This document shows positions 49,801 to 60,700 of a stretch of DNA of 64,000 bases, piece by piece. The notes under the pieces were generated by a model. It saw nothing but the letters and a program-made list of their open reading frames with translations. It did not search any database and was not told where the DNA came from. Position 1 is the stretch's first letter. Each line of letters opens with the position of its first letter. Source of the DNA: Asterias rubens (Eukaryota); the NCBI RefSeq assembly GCF_902459465.1, contig NC_047062.1:9114001-9178000 (forward strand). The letters run 5' to 3'. Both the position numbers and the translations under genes were made by a program.

Positions 49801-52800
49801 GTGATCAATAACATGGAAAGCTTTAGAGAAATCAGTTAGTACAAGAGAACTGATGTTGCCAGGTTTCTCAGCTTTTGACACCAATTGGTGGTAGACATCA
49901 ATTAGGCAATGTGTGGTTGACATACCCTTACGGTTACCATACTGTCTGTCATCAACATGAGGTTGGATTGATATTAGCACATGTTTGGCTACACGACCTT
50001 CAGCAATTTTTGCTAAATTTTTGCTGAAGCCATGGCCTCCGTTGCCTTTGTCTTGGCCTTAGTGCCCCATCAAATGTTTCTATATATATAGACTTAAAAT
50101 GGAAGTGCCCTTTGTAACATGAAAATGGCCCTGCCTCTAAGAAATACTACGCCTGATATATAAACTGATGTTTGTCTGGTTTGGGTTCCTTAGCTGTGCC
50201 ATCAGGAAAATCAAAAACACAGAACAAAGTCCTGGGTGTACCTGGTACTTTCCTCTGTTTTAGGCAAAATGCAGTGACATGTCTGCGCAAAGGATGGATA
50301 TCAAGTTTATTGCAGAGATACTTAGGTTTTTGTTTCTATCATTTTATTTGTGACAGCAATTGATAGCGAATTCAAAGAACAGTTGACTAAACTAGCGCCT
50401 ATGCTACTCTCTGACGAAGGACTCCTAATGAAGGAAATCAACGGAACTAAAGTGACATGTCGAGCACTCTTAGAGTACTTCAAGGTAAGATCATCAGCAA
50501 AGCATTGAATGTAAACAAATGAGGGAGCTGTTCATGGTAGTAGTACCAGCCATGGAGACCGTGCCTAGTTCCGTTTATACCCACTGATGTTACACACAGA
50601 TTATTCAATTCTATGTTCAGTTCAACATGACATTTATAACACATGTCATCCTCAATGACAGCTTATGCAATTTGTATGATGGAGACTTAAACAGTAGTTT
50701 TCAGCAGAAATAAATGTGACAGGTTTACAATATTAGTATGCAAGTTTAAAATTCAACTTGCGTGTTTCTCTCTTTCAGAGCCAAACAACCTTGAAACCCT
50801 TGTTTGGGGATTCTATTTCTATTACTATTAGCCAAAACCAAGCTTAAAGTGAAGTCCCATTCATTCTGTAATGTTTCTTTCTCTCTGTAGGCATATATGA
50901 AGATATACCAAGGGAATGAGTTACCGGAACCTAAAACAATGCTACAGGTTTGTCTCATTACATGCTTGACCTTAAAGCAACTTTGCACTTTACAGGTCTT
51001 TGGTTGTTTGGAATTGTCTTTATTCCAGCACTAAATTCCTTTTAAAGGGATCCTAAAACATCTCCCTTTTTGCCATGTCGTGGCCGAGCGGTTAAGAGCA
51101 CTGGACTCAAGCTCTGGTGTTTCCAATCAGTAGAGTGTGGGTTTGAGTCCTGGCCATGGTATGTGTGTTCTTGGGCATGATGCTTTACCATAATTTTTTG
51201 GACATTAGGCCATATAGGTCTCATATACTGGATTTGATAGTGCACATAAAAGAACCCTGAACACTTATCGTGGAAGAGTAGGGAGTCAACCCTGGTTCGC
51301 CTGGTTTACATAGCAAGACCTTATTCACTCACGTTAGTAGTCAATGGAATGTCAATTTAAAAAACTAGTTAGAAGACACAGCCACCAAACCCCAATCCCC
51401 TAATAAAAAGATCATAAAGAAAGAGTGCATGTAAGTGGACCTTCTCATTGAAATCAGTCCTCCACAACAGTGAGGCATGTGGTATAATGCTAAGGTTGCT
51501 CTCATTTCCCTCCGCAAGAAGGAAATCCCTGCAACTGACCCCCTTGCTCCAACTGCCTCCACAAAATCAATCAGTTTACATATTGTTTAATGTTGTTTTT
51601 ACAGGCTACAGCAGAGGCCAACAATCTAGCAGCAGTTGCCAGCGCCAAAGACAAATTTGTCAAAGATATCGAAGAGGTGAGACAAATATTTTTTTTTTAA
51701 TTTAGCACCGGGGATAAATAATTTAAATGTTTTTATACCCTTATGTCGATGAGCATTAAGAACTGTATACTCAGTACTTTCCAAGTTCTGTGAATGAAAA
51801 TCAATGACAGGAACACTGGTACTCAAAGATTTGGAACAGTGCTGAGATATGTAATATTAATCCTGTCTGTCCTTAGTATACGTTAGTATGCTTCTTTGAA
51901 TATGATTGAAAGGTATTTTATCAAACTCAAAGTCAACATTTAAAGGCAGTGGACACTATTGGTAATTGTCAAAGACTAGTCTTCACAGTTGGTGTATCTC
52001 AACATATGCATAAAATAACAAACCTGTGAAAATTTTTGCTTAATCGATCGTCAATTTTGCGAGGTAATAATGAAAGAAAAAACACCCTTGTCACACAAAG
52101 TTGTGTGCTTTCTGATGCATGATTTCGAGACCTCAAATTCTAAACTTGAGGTCTCGAAATCAAATTCGTGGAAAATTACTTCTTTCTTGAAAACTATGTT
52201 ACTTCAGAGGGAGCTGTTTCTCACAATGTTTTATACCATCAACCTCTCCCCATTACTCGTAATCAAGAAAGGTTTTATAACGATTACTGTTTAACTAAAA
52301 ACACAAGACCACTTGACTTGTACGATCATAACTTTAATGGCCTGACACCTGGCCTTGGGGGCCTGTGGTCAGTGTAGAATTCAAGCCCTGTGGTCTCTCT
52401 TTCATCGTCAAAATGACCTTCTTAAAGACAGTGGACACTATTGGTAATTGTCAAAGACTAGTCTTCACAGTTGGTGTATCTCAACATATGCATACAATAA
52501 CAAACCTGTGAAAATTTGAGCTCAATCGGTCATCGAACTTGCGAGATAATAATGAAAGAAAAAAACACCCTTGTCATACGAAGTTGTGTGCGTTTAGATG
52601 GTTGATTTTGAGACCTCAAGTTTTAAACTTGAGATCTCGAAATCAAATTCGTGGAAAATTACTTCTTTCTCTAAAACTATGGCACTTCACAGGGAGACGT
52701 TTCTCACAATGTTTTATACCATCAACCTCTCCCCATTACTCGTCACCAAGAAAGGTTTTATGCTAATAAATATTTTGAGTAATTACCAATAGTGTCCACT

Positions 52801-55113
52801 GCCTTTAAAAAGCCTTGTTTGGGATTCTATTAGACCTGAATATGACTTCATTTCAGAGGGAAATGTTTTGCAGACAAAATGGTTCTCCTGTGGCTGGTAC
52901 TCTGTTTCATTTAAAGCAAGAGTCTGTTTGTCACCCAAACTGTGCTTATCGAGTGGATCTTGATAAACAGCGGCCAGTATCCGCCCCTGTTCTGTTTACT
53001 GGCATGAAATGAAATGATACCTTTCCTGCTTCAGACTGTTTTACGATTTGTTTTGCCCTTTGAAAAGTCTGAATTTTTTTAATTAAATAGCCTGAGATTT
53101 CTATTAAAGCCTAAACCATTGGCGTACATGTAGGTCAGTCCTTATACTCAACAAAATAAAATATTCATACTTTTTTTGAAAGACCGAATATCATGCCTGT
53201 GTTTATCAACCAGGGAATCAAGGGTAATGTTAACCATGTAGGAATTGTTACCTTTTTATAATCAATGAGGACCACCAGTTCTTTTTGGTTGGATTACTAA
53301 TAATGCAGTTTTGTAAGTTATCTGTATCTGTTCTCAAGAATCTTGACTGTTGCTTGAACTCAACAGGTTTGTGGCGGTGACAAGCCATACCTGAGTCCTG
53401 AGGAGTTAGAGAATCACCATGACCGCATAAAGGCCAGCGCCGTGGAGCTATTCAAAGAGACACGCAAAATGGGCGGCGACGAGTTCAGCGAGCCATACTG
53501 TGAACGCCTCATTGCTGACCTAGACGAAACCTACGAACAATACATGAAGCATAACGACAGTAAAAACCTGTTCAATGTAGCCCGTACACCCATCACGTTT
53601 GTGGTGACCATGATAATAATGTACATTCTCTCAGGGGTATTTGGACTGGTTGGACTCTATTCCATGGCCAATTTTGCCAACATGTTACTGGGTCTAGCGC
53701 TGGTGCTCCTGACGACTTGGGCCTACATCCGATACAGCGGCAAGTACAGTAATGTTGGAGTGTACATTGACACCCTAGCAGAGTTCATATGGGTCCAGGT
53801 AGGTATTGTAGCTAGATATTTGTTGTACAAACCTTTGTTTCCTGTAGACTGATCGAATAACCCCTCTGTTGCTGTGATTTTAACAATGTGTTTTGTATTT
53901 AAATGTCTTTTTAAGCACGAGATCCAAGGCAAATTATAGTGTATACTTAAACATGAATAGCAATAAACCAAATCAATCACTCAATCAATGAAGTGGTCAT
54001 AATGTAAAACAGGCCATTTGCGCGTCTAACCGCGTACATCGATGAAGCTTACAGTATTCCAGGTTTGATTATAGATAAAGAGAAAAATACCCATGGGTTT
54101 GATTTCTATGGCACACAAAGACGCCATGTTGTGGGACGGGTCTGTGAATGGTAACGTCATTATTCGATAAAGTCTATTGGCAAGTCGGCGCTTAGAAACC
54201 TGGTATTAAGCACTATATAAGTGCATGTTATTATTATTAAGTCGATATGTCACCAGTGTGCTCATCCGCTGTTCACACAAGGTGAAATGGCATATATTTG
54301 TGTGTATGCATCTTCTGGAAACCATTGGAGCCAGATGTCAAACTTGCCAACAGGATAGACTGACTCTTAATTGAGACCTTGTTTTATTGTACACATTCCG
54401 TATCTCTAATGTCGTACAGAACCTTTTGGTCAATTTGTTACAACTGTAATTTTGAGAGACAGTTCGAGTGGCACCATGCCGTGACACCATGAAGTAATTT
54501 CTCTGTGAATTGTTATGGTGTTGAAACGAATCGGTTGTTAAAAAAGAGGTAATTCAGATTTTCAAAAAGTAACCCTTTTTGTGTTTTAAGTGTGGACAGT
54601 TTTAGAAAGCTGCAACATTTAAGAACTCATTTATGTAGTCATAGATTGGTTAATATTCCCAAAACGAATAACCTTACAAACTTATTTGGTGGGAAGCAAC
54701 GCAGCTGTTGATAGTATAAACCCCTTCGTAGTAATACGGCTCGGACAATTTTTCATCCCCAAAACATTTGAATCTTAGAAATGATTCATGCATGAATCGT
54801 TTCTCAGATTTCTGAGGGTTGGTGTCCGCTCGCAAATGCTGCAGCCAGAGATGCAGTACCCACTGTCACCTCGCTGAATATGCATTGATTTCACATTCTT
54901 GGGAAAATACAGTGAACGTTTTTTACTTGTTTTTCTCTAAAAGTAGACGCTGAATTCAGCTGAAACTTTCACTTCTGATCTTTAGTTATTTTTTTATATA
55001 TGTTTTTATTGTGCATATAAATAAACTTGTGTTTCTCTTGTTTGCAGATATTTGGGCCAGTCTACAAGAAAGCAATGAGTCAAAAGAAAAAGCAAGACAA
55101 GAAGAAGAAATAG
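43681..55113 (+). CDS. ATL: Atlastin (dynamin-related ER-fusion GTPase), 11 coding exons, 515 aa
   Basis: All exons are GT-AG bounded and join in frame. Motifs: G1 GAFRKGKS, G2 RETTG, G3 DTQG, G4 VRDW, helical bundle [18 protein letters not shown], two TM helices, C-terminal KKKK. Confidence 0.97.
44680..44837. repeat. Long palindromic element with a central CGGCTTCGCCTCG loop
   Basis: About 55-bp inverted arms (44700-44754 and 44768-44820) plus outer ATATTGAGTGGCT/AGCCACTCAATAT. Confidence 0.85.
45249..45383 (+). CDS. ATL: Atlastin coding exon 2
   Basis: ttgatag|GAADWLG...[19 protein letters not shown]...DGEE|gtaatt. Confidence 0.95.
46419..46523 (+). CDS. ATL: Atlastin coding exon 3
   Basis: cattag|[35 protein letters not shown]|gtatgc. 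Confidence 0.96.
46889..46996 (+). CDS. ATL: Atlastin coding exon 4
   Basis: cttcag|[36 protein letters not shown]|gtatac. Confidence 0.96.
47100..47230 (+). repeat. Minisatellite, 3 copies of about 45-53 bp, in atlastin intron 4
   Basis: TTTCCACAAAACACCACAAAGGAC repeated near 47103, 47150 and 47204. Confidence 0.85.
47525..47617 (+). CDS. ATL: Atlastin coding exon 5
   Basis: cctatag|[31 protein letters not shown]|gtaaat. Confidence 0.96.
47776..48156 (+). mobile_element. TTAA-type MITE in atlastin intron 5
   Basis: ttaa|AGGAACACTACAGA ... TCTGTAACGTTCCT|ttag termini. Confidence 0.7.
48345..48483 (+). CDS. ATL: Atlastin coding exon 6
   Basis: cttaaag|[32 protein letters not shown]...FDGRLS G|gtgaga (phase 1). 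Confidence 0.94.
49790..50040 (-). mobile_element. Internal reverse-transcriptase fragment of a CR1/L2-type LINE in an atlastin intron
   Basis: [17 protein letters not shown]...[16 protein letters not shown] matches non-LTR RT motifs. Confidence 0.88.
50357..50484 (+). CDS. ATL: Atlastin coding exon 7
   Basis: tgacag|(A)IDSEFKEQL...[18 protein letters not shown]|gtaaga. Confidence 0.95.
50891..50947 (+). CDS. ATL: Atlastin coding exon 8
   Basis: ctgtag|[19 protein letters not shown]|gtttgt. Confidence 0.95.
51072..51310 (+). mobile_element. tRNA-derived SINE with an intact-looking head
   Basis: A box TGGCCGAGCGG, B box GGTTTGAGTCC, then a body homologous to the SINEs at 1-270 and 57410-57710. 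Confidence 0.8.
51605..51676 (+). CDS. ATL: Atlastin coding exon 9
   Basis: tttacag|[24 protein letters not shown]|gtgaga. Confidence 0.96.
52426..52804 (+). mobile_element. TTAA-flanked (Kolobok-like) MITE; family copies at 1491-1871, 51944-52290, 31022-31388 (-), 58485-58660 (-), 62490-62557 and 56366-56630
   Basis: TTAA|AG(A/G)CAGTGGACACTATTGGTAAT ... CCAATAGTGTCCACTGCCT|TTAA with a conserved ~380-bp body. Confidence 0.85.
53367..53798 (+). CDS. ATL: Atlastin coding exon 10 (end of helical bundle, two TM segments, start of tail)
   Basis: caacag|[14 protein letters not shown]...ARTPITF...[10 protein letters not shown]...EFIWVQ|gtaggt. Confidence 0.96.
55048..55113 (+). CDS. ATL: Atlastin terminal coding exon
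   Basis: Strong acceptor ctcttgtttgcag, phase 0, [21 protein letters not shown]; ends in a di-lysine ER-retrieval-type motif. Confidence 0.85.
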   Translation: MFGPVYKKAMSQKKKQDKKKK

Positions 55114-55424
55114 TAGGAGACGTCGCTAAAGCGGTTTTGTATAATAGTCTTGCCTTGTGAAAATAATTGATTGGTTGTAGGACATACATTGACATCTTGT
55201 TCCTTTGTTTAAAAGCTCGCAGACATTGAACATGCATGTAGATAACAAAAACAGTTTCTTGAAGCATCTCCCCCCCCCCCCTCTGGTTCTACCTTTGGTG
55301 ACCCTTGAAACGAAACTAGGCTTCCATGAACACAGGCCGTATGATAAGAGATGTTAATAGAGGGTTTACATTGCCTCTAGTAAGCGGGATAGTTGGTCTA
55401 GTTTTAAGACATCTGTTCTGGTAT

Positions 55425-55570
55425 GTATGGCAAAGGTTGGGTGTTCAAATCTCACAAAAGTGATATTCCTGTGGATTGTTTTTACAGGACTCGGGTGAAA
55501 ATGCTGAGTATACAGTGCTAACACACATTGGTGTATGGGATAAAACCAAATAACATCCAGTGTATTACTG
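55425..55570 (+). mobile_element. SINE-like family 2; related copies at 45140-45220 (+), 9545-9620 (-) and 51720-51810 (-)
   Basis: Shared CACAGGACTCGGGAAAGTACTGAGTATACAGTGCTAACACAC core. Confidence 0.7.
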
Positions 55571-57409
55571 AATATTGCAAACTTATCATAGTGTATGATA
55601 AGGTCGCTATACAAATACTCGTAGAAAATGTATACCCAAAACCTGTAATCACATACACAATGCTGGATAGATTTTGTTCACCAGAACAAAATTAGTCTAG
55701 ACTTACTCATGGAAAAATATATAGTTGATTCTGATTGCTCATGTGATAGCTTATGACGGTCAACTACTTTTCTTCATTGAGGGTTGGAGAGCTTCAACAT
55801 CTCATAGTAAAAACGATCCTAAATCAGTGCAATCAAGACCTGGTTTGAATCAAGCAACTTTAGCTATGTCTATTGGGCTACAGCCATAACAGTCATTTTC
55901 AGTGAGTCGATGTTAGCCACTGCCAAAGCCATTAATGGGGGCATGAGCTGAGACTGTAACACAGTAAACAAATCCAGTATTATTCATTTCCACTCCCTCT
56001 ATGAATGCTTTGAATTTGTCTGCTACTTCTCAAGAAAGAAAAATCCCTGCTAAGTCCTGATAGCTTATTTATTTGTAGAGTTACAGTAGAGAGCTTATAG
56101 TTCAGGAGACCAAAGGAACAAGGTGATTAATCTGTGTCCAAGAAAATGTGAATCTGCACTTTGTTTGATTGTAATCCGTTTGGATCGGTGAATAATAAAT
56201 CGTATTTTGAGGGGAATAAATCGTATTTGAGAATATAATAGATACCGGGTACCGTTCAAAGAATGCCACGCCTTCTATCTGTAGTACGCATTGGGAATGA
56301 ATAACCACCTAAAGTGCTAAGATGGAAGGTAACAAAGGTACAAAAGATCTACAGAGTGATGTTTAAAGGCAGGGTACACTTTTTGTAATTGTCAAAGACC
56401 AGCCGTAGATGTCACCAAACTCTTCCTAACTTAGGATTGATCTTAGGACTAAGGACAAGTTAAGTTCAGTTACCACAGACATTAGGACGCATTGAACCCA
56501 TCCTGAATTTAGGACGAGACTCGCCCTAACTCGAGATAGGATAAATTCTTGCGTTTTGTGAAATCGGCTGCAGTATCTTTACTTGGCGTGCCCCAACATT
56601 ATGCATTATTTGACAAACCTGTGAAAATATGGTCAACGGAGAAAAGAAGATAAATGATCTGAAAGGTTTGGAGTGTGCAGCTTAAATTGTTATGGTAACC
56701 AGTGATTATTTTCCTCCCAAAAGAAGTAATAATTTAACTGATTGTTCTGATAAATAATTACAACTTTGATACTCATTCAATTAAAGTAAAAATTGCGCTG
56801 GTGTTTTGCGCATTGAAAATGGTTTAAATTTCGCAATGTTATATTTGTTGATATGTTGAACTCTTAATTGATAAACCTTTTTTGTCATATTTCATTGTTT
56901 TAAATTAAATTTATCAATGTGGTCATCCACCACAGGTGATTATTTCGATCTCAGAAACGTTAGTGAATTATATATCTTTCGCTTTAAACGTGTGTGGTAT
57001 TGGAGAAATAATATTTAACAAATATCCTAAATTTAAAGGAAATAGTATACTATGTACCACAGTGGAGTTATGTGAAGAAAAGATATAAATATAAGCATAC
57101 AAGTCTATTGACCTGTAAGGCAGTTCTGTAAGGTGGCACACTGTATTTGAAAGTTTATTTAATTCCGTTTTATTCCCAAAACAAACTGATTTTCATCATG
57201 TTTTGTTATTTGTTTGGGATAAAAATGTGAAGTGTGTTTCTGTACTCCTGCGTTTCCAGATTCAGTGCAAGTATGACGACCGATAACTCTATATACGGTC
57301 CACGGTACTCTGGATGGGAAGCACTTTGTGCTTAACACAAATCAGTGCACGAGTAAAACTCAAACACCCGAGTATTATTTTGATGGTATTCCTACTTGGT
57401 ACTCTAGAA

Positions 57410-57710
57410 ATAATAATGATAATATTGTTGTCTTATAAAGCGCACGTATCTACCAACAAGGTACTCAAGGCGCTGAGTATTTACAAACTTTCAGAAAAAT
57501 ATTTTTTGAAGTGATGAATTCTGAGACCCAAATTATGTAGCAACTTATAAGGGTTTACAAGGTGCTGTTGGTCATTTAGCAGCCACAGCCAGGAACACCG
57601 GGGCAAACCCCTTCTCTTTTCGATAATGGCACTGGGTTCTTTTACATGCATTACACAACACATGGGATTAACGGCTTTACGTCCCATCCGAAGGACGAAG
57701 CAATGATTTC
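57410..57710 (-). mobile_element. 5'-truncated SINE of the same family, nested in a GTAC-rich hAT-like MITE (about 57310-57918)
   Basis: Shared core CAGCCAGGAACACCGGGGC-AACCCCTTCTCTTTTCGA...ACGGCTTTACGTCCCATC. The flanks carry repeated TTGGTACTC and end in GTACTTGCCCACCCTA. Confidence 0.8.
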
Positions 57711-60700
57711 ATTTTGATGACTTGGTACTCGAGTACTACCCGAGTGTCATTTTGATGGTACTCATACTTGGTACTCGAATACAAGTTGGAGATATAAGTA
57801 CCTGGTACTCGGCTGTTGGACCTGGTACTCGTATATAAAAATACTTGGCACACTTTAAAGGTATTCATACTCAACGGACCAAGTACCTGTGCTCATGTAG
57901 TACTTGCCCACCCTAGTACTTGCAGTACTTGATACTGGACTGAAAGGTACGTGACTACACTGATAACCATATAGGCTGTTTCTTTACATATATACACTAT
58001 GTAGGACCTGGACCTGTTGGGGTTTCACTCATGGTGTATGTACTGCTGTGTGTGCCCCTTGGGAAGTGGAGTGTAATGCATCAAGGGTTTATTGAACATC
58101 GCCCTTAATTCATGCATTGTTGCAGGCAATAGGAACAGACGTTTTGTTCAATTCGCAGTATTCTTTAGTATTGTAATGTTTAAGCAAGCAATTGCTGTAT
58201 AAATTGTAAACCTCATTCTTTGACAGTTTTTACCAATTCTATAATTAAGCCAAAATACTAAATGCAAATGTGTACAGTTATTTGTAAAAAAAAAAAAAAC
58301 ATGTTAAGACATCTGCATTACCTGGCAGAGGTACTTCAGTTGTTTGAAACGCAGAATGTTTCATTTCCAATTGCGGAATCTTTTTTGATAATTATTCAGA
58401 TATGTAAAGTTTCCATTTTGTACAGTGGATGTAATATTCAGATCATGATGATCTTCCATAATCTATGTACCGCTGCCTTGTAACGGCACTGGACACTTAT
58501 GGTAAAATACTCTAAATGATCGTTAGCATAAAATCTTACTTGGTTACGAGCAATGCAGAGCTGTTGATAAAACAGTGTGAGAAATGGCTCCCTCTGAAGT
58601 AACTTTTTAAAGAGGTAGTTTCTCACTAAAATATTAAAATACTTCGGGTGTCCAGTGCCTTTAATGCATTTGGTTGTGTTTTAAAACCTCACTGATTGAA
58701 AAGGTGTGTAGCAGCAACAGAACTGTCGTCAGTAGTTTGATTGTTAGAATTCATTCCTGTCAAGGGAACTTGGCAAAGTCAAGGGAATATAAACGCCTAG
58801 ATGGCAACAGCCAATCTCTTTTACGCAACCATTGGTTCCACGTCTATGATTATGAATTGCACAAATCAAAAAATTGTGACTCAGTAACTAGACGACAATA
58901 CTTATTCTAGCCGTTGTGAAATCAGCGGTTAGCTTGGGGGATTCGAACCCACAACCTTGTAATGGGAGACTTTCTGGGACGATAGAGGGCAGCAGACTTA
59001 CCGGATAAATCCATTGTTCTCAGAATTGTGCGCATGTTCAGAACTGGAAATGGAAATTTACCCGGTATGTCTGCTGCCACCTAGCGTTGGAAAGTCTCCT
59101 ATTGCAAGTCCTGCAGACTGACCACTCTATTGTACTTTCTATTGATTCAAGAGATGATATGTATCGTGTGAGAAGCACTGTATAGCAGTTTCTCAATAGT
59201 AGCAGGTGTTGGATGTCTTTTTCAAAGAGAGTAAAACATACCTCATAGCAAACAAATTTGCCAGCGTGACAAGTGTTGTACTTTCTCTTGATTCAAAGAA
59301 ACCAAAATCAGCAGTTGTGTCACTATAAAGGGGGGTAAAAACATACCATGCAGGTAGAAAACAGCAGTTTTGCCAGAGCTGCCAAGCATTGTACTGTATC
59401 TTGATTCGACCAGAGGCTACAGTTTGGTCAATCTTACAAAATAACTTACTTGTTGTGAATAGAAGCTGTGGTACATTTATGTGACATCCAGAATGCAATT
59501 GGTATGAGGTAAGAGTATGATTTGATATGTTCTTATTTATTTACTGTTTTTACAGTCCAATAATTCATTGAAAGTTTATTTTAGTATGAATATTTAGTTT
59601 CAAAGACACAAGCCTCTTGTGTTACTCCCAAACAAAAAATCATTTTGTTTTTATTCCGTTCAAAATTAGTTACTACTTTTTTTCTAATCTTAAAAGAGAA
59701 ATCATTTTGCTTAACTTTCAACATAATATTTTATTATTGCAAATCTTTGTTTATTGATCAGCGCTATGTTGCTTGTTCATGATTTTGGTGTACAATTTAT
59801 CGTAATGTATGTATAAATATGCATGTTTTTCGGTTATAAATTGAATCGAGTGGTTCTTTTCATTTTGAATGTTTAAGACTGATAACAGCTGTTGTCTGAG
59901 GGAGGTATTACTTTCAGTCAGTTTTTTCAAAGTATTTCGAAACAATGTAGAACTGTTATTAGGAGGGGTCACGAATTTAATTAAAAAGAAACGAAATTAA
60001 TATCAAGGTGTTTGTTTCTGTAACAGCCCACCCCCCACGCCCCGCCCTAAAAACTGCCCTATCCAATTTTGGTACAAGTCATTGTGTCACATTCGTGCAA
60101 GCCGCCCAGCGTTCTCGCTTTAAATCTTCAGACAAAACACAATGGTTACAAGTTGGACAGGGGCTTCTGCAAGGTTACATAAAATTATAAAAACTTTCAT
60201 CTTGAGAAGTGTAAAACAAGACTCCTGCCAACGATAAAAATGTAAAAAGATATTGCACTCAATCGCTACTAAAATCACACAGCAGAAAACGTGTCATTAG
60301 CAAAAGCAAATCCAGTTCATGCAAAACAATACCCAACACGACTGGACTTAAAACCATATAAATTTAATTTAAAAGCAATTATTATGACAGAAATTTATAT
60401 TTCAGAAAATACGTGTGATTGTAGGGGGTATATAAAAGCCAAATCAACTTTTCCTGCATAAAAAATCATCAAAGACAAACATTGTGGGCTTATGGAACCA
60501 GTTTATGCGAACTTTCGAACAGGAAGTTTTCAACCTTGCTTTAGAAGAACAAAAATGTAAGACAAGCAAATTGTTCGTGTTATTATAGAGGGCGGGCTAA
60601 TACTGTTTATACGCCATTCTCCCCTTCTTGCACATACGATTTCACTACATTTATAAGAGACCACGCGAACAAAACAGAAAAGATAACTCTATAGGTCTCA

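Noticed and set aside
51072-51155. Functional tRNA gene; also the tRNA-like heads at 1390-1445, 11880-11940, 36584-36660, 37715-37770 and 58935-58960
   Set aside because: The acceptor stems do not close and the heads run into SINE bodies.
53799-53852. Atlastin ending by read-through ([17 protein letters not shown])
   Set aside because: A good donor at 53798 and a phase-matched KKKK exon at 55048 fit better; intron retention is not excluded.
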